From: Eledone cirrhosa
Lineage: Eukaryota
DNA length: 64,000 nt
Reading direction: 5' to 3'
NCBI GenBank assembly: GCA_964016885.1
Contig: OZ024761.1
Span: 13,950,001 to 14,014,000, forward strand
Within the stretch, counting starts at the first letter, position 1; every line of letters starts with the position of its first letter. The notes beneath the pieces are model-generated. The model was not told the origin of the DNA, searched no databases, and saw nothing but the letters and a program-made list of their open reading frames with translations. Below, piece by piece: positions 53,483 to 64,000 of the stretch. The position numbers and the translations under genes are program-made.

Positions 53483-53811
53483 TACAGGGTGAGCATAAAA
53501 TCTTTCTTTGACTGTTTCATAGACGCCATTTTGTTGCTGAAAATTACAACTACTTCCTGTAGAAGAGAAAATTACAACTACTTCCTGTAGAAGAGAAAAT
53601 TACAACTACTTCCTGTAGAAGAGAAAATTACAACTACTTCCTGTAGAAGAGAAAATTACAACTACTTCCTGTAGAAGAGAAATTGTAAAACATGTTCAGA
53701 AAACTTTGAACTTGAAATTTATAAATTAAAACAAATGAAAAAGTAAAACCTCAAATAGTATCAGAGATATGGTATTTTATATTCAGGGAAAGACTTTATG
53801 CTCACTTTTTA
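53483..53811. mobile_element. Mariner-like MITE containing a 28-bp tandem repeat (about 5 copies, 53539-53685)
   Basis: TIRs tacagggtgagcataaaatctttc / gaaagactttatgctcactttt. Confidence 0.65.
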
Positions 53812-53868
53812 CCCCGTCCTTGATAAGCACTAGCCAAATGAGCCTTCTGGCTTAAGAAAGTCTTTTGA

Positions 53869-53906
<38 letters not shown>

Positions 53907-53940
53907 TAATAAATGGAAACTATATTTATAAAACCATAAT

Positions 53941-54006
53941 TATTTTATTATATATATTGCAAGGGCAACCAAGACAAATTTTGGTGCGCTTTCATCAGAT
54001 AAAATA
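53941..54006 (-). pseudogene. Decayed hammerhead of the 48235 family (GAAA to GCAA)
   Basis: Minus strand: tattttat CUGAUGA ... GCA atatatat a ataaaata. Confidence 0.6.
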
Positions 54007-54069
54007 CAAAATTTGTTTTATAAATGTTGACATAGCCAAGGAAAAACAACCTTATATACATATATATTA

Positions 54070-54116
54070 TTTCTGATGATTTCTCACAAATGAAACAGTT
54101 CTAGTCCTGTAGAAGC
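54070..54116 (+). ncRNA. Type I hammerhead ribozyme, same family as 32504, stem I eroded
   Basis: ttt CUGAUGA tttctcacaaat GAA acag-ttctagtc-ctgt a gaagc. Confidence 0.6.
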
Positions 54117-54209
54117 TTTTCTATATTAAAACATTTGTACTCTGCTATGTATTGAGTACCCTATCTACTGTGGTTACCCATGATTCAATGCGAAATAGCT
54201 TACATACAT

Positions 54210-54242
<33 letters not shown>

Positions 54243-54429
54243 CATACATACATACATATACATATATCATCATCATCACCGTTTTGCGTCCATTCTTCCA
54301 CGCTAGCATATATATATATACATTTTCCTATTACCCACTCTACTACCCTAAGTATTGAGTACTCTGGTGCGTTATGGTCCATCTGGTTCCTTAACACACT
54401 TCCTTCGTCATATATATATATATATATAT

Positions 54430-54578
54430 CTGCTGTTTGGCTCTAACAAGTTTCACTGACAAGGGTTTGGTCATTGGAGGGCTATAATAGAAGATATTTG
54501 CCCAAGGTACTGACCAACAGGACTCAGCCCAGGACTATATGGTTGCCAAGAAAACTCCTTAACAACACAACCATACTC
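54430..54578 (-). mobile_element. Second tRNA-derived SINE family (CORE-like), decayed
   Basis: Reverse complement: gtatggttgtgttgttaagg...accttgggcaaatatcttctattatagcc...gaccaaacccttgt. Confidence 0.6.
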
Positions 54579-54642
54579 TCACTTAGACACACACACACAC
54601 ATACATATAAGCATGATATATATATATATATATATATATATA

Positions 54643-54937
54643 TCATCATCATCATCATCATCGTTTAATGTCTATCTTCCACGCTAACATGGGCTTAGAC
54701 GGGAATTGTCCCACTTGAGGCAAGAGTGGTTGTCTTGCTCGTATGGGACTGTCTGGCAGGTTTTCTACGGCTGGATGCCCTTCCTAACACCAACCACGGT
54801 TACAGTGTGGACTGGGAGGTTTTTACCGTGTTGCCTACACGGCCACATTACAGCGTGGACTGTGTGTTTTTTGTTGTGACGCCTACACAACCTCATTTAT
54901 TGAGGATTGGATGTTGTGGTACCAACATAACTTTACA
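54643..54937 (-). mobile_element. RTE family C-type 3' UTR fragment
   Basis: Matches 46163-46460. Confidence 0.8.
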
Positions 54938-55070
54938 TATATATATATATATATATAGAAACGAGTAGGACTGAGCTCAGCCGTCGGGGTCCTACTCGTT
55001 CCTATTACCCACTCTACGACCCTACTTTGGTGCGTTATAGTCCACCTGGTTCCTTACCACATTTCCTCCG

Positions 55071-55112
<42 letters not shown>

Positions 55113-55357
55113 TCATAAATGTATATTTATATGTGTACAATGTTATCACCTACACTTACACAACAGATTCTACACACTTTACTACAAGTGTGTATATAGA
55201 GCACTTTAATATTTAGGTATGTAATGTAAAAATAACAAAATATATAAATATGTATACATAACACAGAGACAGACACATTACACAGACACACATACACACA
55301 GAGAGACACACAGACACATAGACACACACAGAGAGACACATAGACATATGCACACAG

Positions 55358-55388
<31 letters not shown>

Positions 55389-56614
55389 GACAGACACACA
55401 CACACAGACACACACATGTATACACACACACACAGCAGTATGTATAGTATAGAACTAACCAGTGTAGTAAAAGCTGAGAAAACTCATTAAGAAAACAGAG
55501 GGAGAGAGAGGGAGGGAGAGAGGAAGAGAGAGAGAGAGAGAGGGCCTATTGTGTCTGTAGTGTACATTTCTTGATTTTCTCTTCTCATCATCTCCATCCA
55601 CCACCTCTCCCTCCCCTGCTCCCACCACCCCAGCCACCTCCCTCTCTGTCACTACCACCACTACCTCACCCTCCCCTACCACCACCACGACCCTCCCCTA
55701 CCGCCACCACGACCACCCCCTACCGCCACCACCACCACCCCCTACCACCACCACCACCACCTCCACACTACCACCACTACCACCACTACCACCACACCAC
55801 CACCACCACCACCACACTACCACCACCACCACCACCACCACCACCACCACACCACCCCCTACCGCCACCACCACCACCTCCACACTACCACCACTACCAC
55901 CACTACCACCACACCACCACCACCACCACCACACCACCACCACCACACCACCACCATCTCACCGCCACCACCATCTCCACACCACCACACCACCACCACC
56001 ACACCGCCACCACCATCTCACCACCACACCACCACCACCACACCACACAAACATATAAACACTCCAAGGCAAGGCAGGGGTTTTGTTTGAGTGAAGATCT
56101 TTTTGTTTAAGTACCCTTCATCATCTGTCTTTCTGTTACTCAGCAGAGTCTGTGTGAATATCTACCACCATTGCTGCCACCACCACCACCACCACCACCA
56201 TTACTGCCATCACCACCATCACCATCACCACCACCATCACCACCACCACCATCACCACCACCACCACCACCACCACCACCACCATCACCACCACCACCAC
56301 CACCACCATTGCTGCCACCACCATCACCACCACCATTGCTGCCATCACCACTACCATCACCACCACCACCACCATTACTGCCACCGCCACCTGTATCACC
56401 ACCACCACCTCTATCACCACCACCACCTCTATCACCACCACCACCTCTATCACCACCACCGCCACCACCACCACCACCACCACTGCCACCACTGCCACCT
56501 CTATCACCACATCCTGGTTTGTCACTTAGGAATCAATATGTTCAACTGATTGTGTATGGTGTGCTGTGCTATATATCTTTATATCAATATTACTACTACT
56601 ACTACTATTACTGT

Positions 56615-56649
<35 letters not shown>

Positions 56650-56754
56650 TTGTTACTATTACTACTGTTGTTATTACTACTACTACTGCTGCTATTACTA
56701 CCACTATGACTACCTCTACCACTCATCTCTACTTATGTGTCAGCTTAGAGATGA

Positions 56755-57470
56755 AGTTATGATAGCAAGGGCAGACCATCCAGCTGTCCTTCCTGTCACA
56801 TGATGATGAGAGCATGGGCAGACCATATAGCTGTCCTTCCTGTCACATGTTATAATAGCAAGGGGAGACCATCCAGCTGTCCTTCCTGTCACATGATGAT
56901 AATATCAAGGGCAGACCATCCAGCTGTCCTTCCTGTCACATGTTATGATAGCAAGGGCAGACCATCCAGCTGTCCTTCCTGTCACATGTTATGATAGCAA
57001 GGGCAGACCATCCAGCTGTCCTTCCTGTCACATGTTATGATAGCAAGGGCAGACCATCCAGCTGTCCTTCCTGCCACATGATGATGAGAGCATGGGCAGA
57101 CCATATAGCTGTCCTTCCTGTCACATGATGATAATATCAAGGGCAGACCATCCAGCTGTCCTTCCTGTCACATGTTGATGAGAGCATGGGCAGACCATCC
57201 AGCTGTCCTTCCTGTCACATGATGATAATATCAAGGGCAGACCATCCAGCTGTCCTTCCTGTCACATGTTGATGAGAGCATGGGCAGACCATCCAGCTGT
57301 CCTTCCTGTCACATGATGATAATATCAAGGGCAGACCATCCAGCTGTCCTTCCTGTCACATGTTGATGAGAGCATGGGCAGACCATCCAGCTGTCCTTCC
57401 TGTCACATGATGATAATATTAAGGGCAGACCATCCAGCTTCCCTTATCACAGGTTGATGAGAGCATGGGC
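56755..57470. repeat. 46-48-bp minisatellite, about 15 copies
   Basis: Core gggcagaccatccagctgtccttcctgtcacatg with alternating spacers. Confidence 0.95.
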
Positions 57471-57730
57471 ATGGTTTAAGAGGAATTTGAGGTGGTGTGC
57501 AAACGAGATCACTGCATTGGTATAGACATGTGATGCGCATGAATGATGATGGATGGGTGAAGAAGGGCCAGGAAATGCCACTGGGTGGAAGCCGCAGTAG
57601 AGGTAGACCGAGAAAGACCTGGGCAAAGGTGCTGAGAGCTGACCTCAAATCGCTGAGACACAGAGAGAAGATAATGAAGAAACGCAGCAAGCATAGAAAA
57701 ACGGATGTAAAAACGATGAAGATGATGATT
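57465..57730 (+). mobile_element. Degenerate RTE family A-like 3' fragment
   Basis: LHWYRHVMRMNDDGWVKK...RGRPRKTWAKVLRADLKSL with a gat tail. Confidence 0.8.
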
Positions 57731-58289
57731 AATGGAAAAACAGTCCATATTATTCTCACCTTTCTAAATTTTTGGCTAAGCCCTCGCACACTGTTCTCTC
57801 CCTACTATTTCAGTTGACACACTTGGGATACTTTTTCATCTATATTTGTGTAATTTATCTAAAGGCATACCTTGTCCTGTCTTTGTCTCTGTTTTGTTAT
57901 GTCCCAAATGTCCACTGGAATGAATAGTATCAACCTTAATCAACCGAAACCATTGTGATTTCCAGAGGTTGACTGAGGAGATGGAACTGTCTGTCTTTCC
58001 ATTGTTTTATCCATTATATATATATGTGTGTGTGAGTGAGTGTTATATATACATATAGGAAAAGAGTCAAGATCCTGACCATTGAGCTCCGGCTGTTTCG
58101 ACAGCTAGACCCGAACTGTTCGGATCTAGCTCTTGAGACGGCCAGAGCTCAGCTGTTGGGGTCCTGACTCTTTTCCTATTACCCACTCTACTACCCTAAG
58201 TATTGAGTACTCTGGTGCGTTATGTCCACCTGGTTTCTTACCACACTTTCTTTGTTATATATGTATATAAATTTATGTATATACATAAA

Positions 58290-58408
58290 AGTTCCTGTAT
58301 GAGCAAGGCATGGTCAGCCGACCAGACACTGCCCACAACAGGACAACCCGTCTAACCCATGCTAGCGTGGAAGAACGGACGTAAAACGGTGATGATGATG
58401 ATGATGAT
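58290..58408 (+). mobile_element. RTE family B extreme 3' end
   Basis: Identical to 45388-45500. Confidence 0.85.
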
Positions 58409-58681
58409 AAATGTATGCATTCCAGCACATGTATTGAGTACAATTCTATCAAATGTACACCCAAACACACTGTCTCCTCCTTCCCCCACTTCTTTGCTAC
58501 TCCCTGCAAATCTCTTCAGTTTCCTCGTCTTTCTATTAGGTCCCAAGTGCTGTTGTTTCTAGTAGCTTCTAAGTGGTGAGTGAGTGAGAAACCAGTCCAC
58601 CCAAGGATAGGAAACTAAGTACTGTTAGCAGGAACTTCCTCTATGCCAGCTATGGGAAGTTCTAACATCAGTACTATAAGC

Positions 58682-58790
58682 CAGTGGTTCCCAAACTGGG
58701 TTCCATGGAACCTAAGGGTGCCACAAAGATGTGTCTGGGGTCCAGTGAAAAAAAAAGATAGAGGAACTTTGGGGTTACCCCAAAAGCTTA
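58682..58790. mobile_element. hAT/Charlie-like terminal fragment
   Basis: Starts cagtggttcccaaact, a typical hAT terminus. The partner end was not seen. Confidence 0.45.
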
Positions 58791-59494
58791 CACACACACA
58801 TATATAGACACACAGTTATAGGAATGATGATGATGGTAATGATAATGGTGGTGGTGGTGATGGTGGTGGTGGTGGTGGTGGTGGTAATGATGATGACTAT
58901 GATAAGAATGATAGTGATGATGGTGGTGGTGGTGGTGGTGGTGGTGATGATGGTGGTGATGGTGGTGGTGGTGGTGGTGGTGGTGGTAATGATGATGACT
59001 ATGATAAGAATGATTATGATAGTGATGATGATGGTAGTGGTAATGGTGGTGGTGGTGGTGGTGGTGGTGGTGGTGGTGATGGTGGTGGTGGTGGTAATGA
59101 TGATGACTATGATAAGAATGATTATGATAGTGATGATGATGGTAGTGGTAATGGTGGTGGTGGTGGTGGTGGTGGTGGTGATGGTGGTGGTGGTGGTAAT
59201 GATGATGACTATGATAAGAATGATTATGATAGTGATGATGATGGTAGTGGTAATGGTTATAAGGATGATGATGATAGTAATGATAATGGTGGTGATGACG
59301 ATGATTGTGGTATGGGAGGTGTATATTGTGTTTAGTCTCCCCCCCCCCCACTACAGTAGTTACAGTAGTTACATGTCATCCAATCCCCCCTCCCAACCAA
59401 CATACCACTGCCCCCCCCCCCCCCGCCCTTTCACTTTGCCAAACAAAACCTACTTAATCAGCTGTAAATACATGTGTATATATATATATATATA

Positions 59495-59558
<64 letters not shown>

Positions 59559-59567
59559 TATATATAT

Positions 59568-60886
59568 ATGCAAGAGAGGTTCTTAGAGAAGAATAAGCCA
59601 CTATACTTAGCCTTTGTTGACCTAGAGAAGGCCTTTGATAGGGTACCCCGATCTGTCATCTGGTGGTCCCTAAGGAAGCTAGGTGTTGAGGAATGGCTTG
59701 TGAGGACAGTGCAAACTTTGTACAGAGGTACTCTCAGTAAAGTCAGGGTAGGAATGGAGTTTAGTGAGGAATTCCAGATACAAGTAGGAGTACATCAGGG
59801 TTCGGTCCTCAGCCCGCTCTTGTTCATTATAGTCCTCCAAGCCATAACAGAGGAGTTTAAGACTGGCTGTCCATGGGAACTTCTCTATGCTGACGATCTG
59901 GCTCTTATGGCAGAATCAGTAGAGGAGCTAGAGAATAAATTCCAGCTATGGAAACAGCAGTTGGAAGCAAGAGGACTGAGAGTAAATCTAGCTAAGACAA
60001 AAGTGTTGATGAGTAGAAAAGAGGACAAAACCCTGATTCCGTCAGGGAAATGGCCATGTTCGATATGCAGAAAAGGAACTGGCATAAATTCTATAAAATG
60101 CACACAATGCAGGTCCTGGGTACACAAGAGATGTAGCGGGATAGCAGGCAAACTAACAGGTAGGGAGAAATATGTATGCAGTAGATGTACAGGGAAATTA
60201 GACAGTAGAAGTCACACTGATAGACACATTTTTCAAATGCGAGAGGGTGCTATAGAAGTGGTGGATAGCTTCCGGTACCTAGGAGATCAGATTAGCATGG
60301 GAGGAGGGTGTTCCGAGGCCATAGTATCTAGAATAAGGACGGGTTGGAAGAAGTTTAGGGAGCTGCTTCCTCTGTTGACGAAGAAGGGTTTCTCCCTGCG
60401 TACGAAAGGCCGGTTGTATGATGCCTGTGTGAGGAGCGCGATGCTGCATGGTAGTGAGACATGGGCAGCAACCGCAGAGGATATGCGACGGCTGGAGAGA
60501 AATGAGGCAAGCATGCTCCGTTGGATGTGCAGTGTAAATGTGCGTGAACGACCCAGCATAAATGTGTTGAGAGAGAAACTGTGTCTGAGAGGGATAGAAT
60601 GTAGTGTACGGGAGAGGAGACTGAGGTGGTATGGACATGTGATGCGCATGGAGGATGACTGATGGGTGAAGAAGTGCCAGGAAATGCCAGTTGAAGGAAG
60701 ACGTGGTAGAGGTAGACCACGAAAAACATGGGCGGAGGTGGTGAGAACAGACCTCAGATCATTGAAGCTCACGGTGGAGATGACGAGGGACCGTGACGAG
60801 TGGAGAGATGCTGTGCTGAATAAGACCCGTCCCACCCTTGCAAGCAGGGAAAAGCGGACGTAAAATGATGATGATGATGATGATGA
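59568..60886 (+). mobile_element. 5'-truncated RTE family A copy, near-identical to 38785-40103, with one premature stop (CGA>TGA at 60660)
   Basis: Same protein sequence as the 37012 ORF C-terminal part apart from a few substitutions. (GAT)n tail. Flanked by (TA)n on both sides. Confidence 0.95.
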
Positions 60887-60897
60887 TATATATTATT

Positions 60898-60936
<39 letters not shown>

Positions 60937-61039
60937 AATATATATATATACATACATACACACACACATACACATGTATATAAATATATATAAATATGTT
61001 TATATAGTATGTTTGTATGTGTGTGTGTATACATACATT

Positions 61040-61070
<31 letters not shown>

Positions 61071-61217
61071 TTGTACATATATATATATGTTTATATATAT
61101 ATATATATACATGCATATGTCTCTCTGTTTCTATATATATATATATAGAGAGAGAGAGCGAGAGAGAGAGAGAGCGAGAGAAAAAGAGAGAGACATATGC
61201 ATGTATATGTGTGTATA

Positions 61218-61263
<46 letters not shown>

Positions 61264-61413
61264 ACCATTATTGCGAGAGGAGAAAGCGTATGTTAATTGA
61301 AGATATACACAATATATATATGTATATATATATGATATATACACACATATATATACATATATGTGTATGTGTGTATATATATATATATATATGTATATGT
61401 GTGTATATATAAA

Positions 61414-61444
<31 letters not shown>

Positions 61445-61776
61445 CTGTGTATATATATATATATATAAATATATACACATATATACATATATGTGTATGT
61501 ATGTGTATATATATATATATGTGTGTGTATATATATATATATATATGTGCGTGTGTGTGTGTGTGCAACTGGTCAGCACCCACCCACACATACTCTATTG
61601 CAATCTGTTAGTGCTGCAGTGTGCACTATCAGTGTGCAACTGTTGGTAGTCATGTGATCTCGCTCCCATTCTGCTTTTTCACGTGAGATGCTTGAATTTC
61701 TCTTCTACATACAAACTACTGTTGCTACTGCTGCTGCTGCTACTACTGCTGCTGCTACTGCTACCAGTACTGTTAC

Positions 61777-61812
<36 letters not shown>

Positions 61813-61916
61813 CACCACCACCACCACCACCACAACCACCACTACTACTATTGAGTACTTAGCTGAACAATCTTTCTATATATCTATCTACCCCCCCCTC
61901 TCTCTCTCTCTCTCTC

Positions 61917-61974
<58 letters not shown>

Positions 61975-62098
61975 TTTTCTCAATTTTATATGTATATATA
62001 TATATGTATGTGTAAAAGGTAAACAGAAATAAGAACACAATCGGTACAGTATATGGAAGGAATATATTAGGTTAACGCTTGATATAGCAGGAAGAGGG

Positions 62099-62134
62099 TC
62101 TTAACGTTTCGGACGCTAGTCCTTCATCAGAAGA
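62099..62134 (-). ncRNA. Minimal type I hammerhead ribozyme, second copy of the 27670 unit (62010-62240)
   Basis: Near-identical reverse-strand copy. Confidence 0.65.
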
Positions 62135-62679
62135 AAGAATGAGAAATAAAATAGATTGAGGGGACGGGCGGGATGGAATTGGAAAACATGTCTTTAGATA
62201 AAAATAACAGGTCCATTCATGTTGACATCTCCTGCAAAACTGTTGGTGATGGCGTTTTGTGTATACACACATGTGAAATTAAGAAAACTCATTGATAAAA
62301 CAGCCGTTAAAATACCTAAATGCTGTCAAAGACAACGATGAACAAAAATGCCGCAGCGGACTGAGACTAGTGACCAGTGGTCAACAGAGAGATAATCCAC
62401 AAGGTGGGTGGCAGGTAGATGATATATAGAAAAGATTAAAAGAGGAGGAGGACCAGGAGAAGTGCACTGGCACAAGGAAATAAAGAAAGGCGATGTACAA
62501 GGCAAGTTTACACACACATCTTTGCCTTCATCAGCTCTCAAACCAGCAAAAGGGTTTCGCACAATTTAATTGAGAGTACCATTTTAAAATGCTGGAATGT
62601 GCAACAGAAAAATAAATCTTTTTGCTGGTTTGATGTGTGTGTGTGTGTGAAGAAGAGCACAGATAGAAGGACGAAAGAA

Positions 62680-62997
62680 AACAAAGAAAACAGCACAGCT
62701 CCCATGACTTTTGGAAACATTTTTTCACGCTCAGAGTTGCTGAAGCAGGGAACAAACTCCCTGCATCAGTTGTTAGCTGTCGAGACACTGCATCCTTTAA
62801 AACCTCCATGCTGCCTGAGATTCGCCAACACTACACCTAATATTGCCCCTCCATACACACGCACACATGTATATCATGACTCATACATTATTCACTTCCC
62901 TGACATTTGTATATTATTCTATGTACTATACATGCACCTTTGATGAGTTGTAGTGCACCTGAGCACTGTACAGAATAATTTCATTATTATTATTATT
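62680..62997 (+). mobile_element. CR1-clade LINE 3' end with (ATT)n tail
   Basis: Frame HDFWKHFFTLRVAEAGNKLPASVVSCRDTASFK is a CR1-type C-terminus. The 3' UTR ends gagttgtagtgcacctgagcactgtac...attattatt. Confidence 0.8.
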
Positions 62998-63290
62998 TGA
63001 AATAAAATAATGGGGTAGTGGACCTCAAGCTGTGGTGTCTGTCCTAAATAGAAAGCTACTTATAGCTACGATAAAGTTAAAACAATGTTGTCTCTGATCG
63101 AGACGAAGCGAGAGTGTATTTGAATGCATATAAAGATGAGAAAACCCATTGCTAGAACAGCCGTTAAAACAGCTAAATGCTGTCAAAGAAAGTGATGGCC
63201 AAAATCTGCCTGTCACCCATCTTGGGGATTGTCTCTCTGTTGACCACTGGCCGTTGGTCTCTGTCATAGAAAATTATTATTTATTTATAT

Positions 63291-63672
63291 GCGGTGGATT
63301 GGCAGTATCGGTAGAGAGTCGGACGCCATGCTTTCCAGCATAGTTACGTCCCTTTACGGTCTGAGTTCAAATCCCGCCGAGGTTAACTTTGCCTTTCATC
63401 CTTACGGGGTCGATAAAATAAAGTACCAGTAATGTACTGGGTAATTGATGGCCTTGTGCCAAAAAAGTAGAAACAATTATTTATTTATACGGTGGATTAG
63501 CAATATCGGTTGAGTGTTGGACACCCTGCACCGTGGCAGAGAGTAACGGTCCTTTACGTTCTGAGTTCAAAATCCCGTTCGAGGTTAGCTTTGTCTTTCA
63601 CCCTTACAGGGTCAATAAAATAAAGTACCAGTAATGCACTGGGGTCAATTTAATCGAATTTTCCCTCCCCCT
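63291..63672 (+). mobile_element. Two tandem tRNA-derived SINEs (63291-63480 and 63490-63672)
   Basis: Two successive heads with B boxes and cores. Confidence 0.85.
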
Positions 63673-63817
63673 ACTTTAATTTTCCCTCCACCACCTTTAA
63701 AATGTCCAATAGGGGGGTTCAGACATATATAATAGGAACGATTGACTTTCGTCAAATCGGACCGAGGAAACAATGTTTCCATTGGTCTTTCCAGTTGTTA
63801 ATACTATCTATCGGTCG

Positions 63818-63862
<45 letters not shown>

Positions 63863-64000
63863 ATATTAATAAATGGAAACTATATTTATAAAACCATATT
63901 TATTTTATTATACATGGATATCCAGGAAGCTCCAACCGTTAAGGTTGTCTTTTTTCCGGGTATGTCAATATTTATTTATAAAACAAATCTGTATTTTATC

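Noticed and set aside
57910-58005. Possible hammerhead (gaaaccattgtg, ctgagga)
   Set aside because: Core elements are not in a consistent order and there is no valid UH site. At best heavily decayed.

Overview
Repeat-saturated animal genomic DNA, most likely octopus (inferred from the SINE/RTE repeat landscape and a cephalopod-type syntaxin exon). Almost all long ORFs in the track are artefacts of microsatellites or minisatellites. The only host coding sequence I can support is one 100-bp internal exon of syntaxin-1 (52424-52523, +), which the ORF track misses, so most of the window is probably giant intron. Contents: an intact single-ORF RTE-clade LINE (APE + RT + embedded PHD-type finger), truncated copies of three RTE families, Tx1/L1-like and CR1 fragments, many tRNA-derived SINEs, several MITEs and more than 10 tandem arrays. 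The main hidden signal is a dense swarm of type I hammerhead ribozyme motifs: about 11 with intact cores plus several decayed ones, in at least 6 sequence families, with compensatory stem changes and palindromic stem III. They lie in short AT-rich, Penelope-pLTR-like non-coding units that often form long fold-back palindromes, and several are on the syntaxin sense strand. All folds were read by eye and none was computed.
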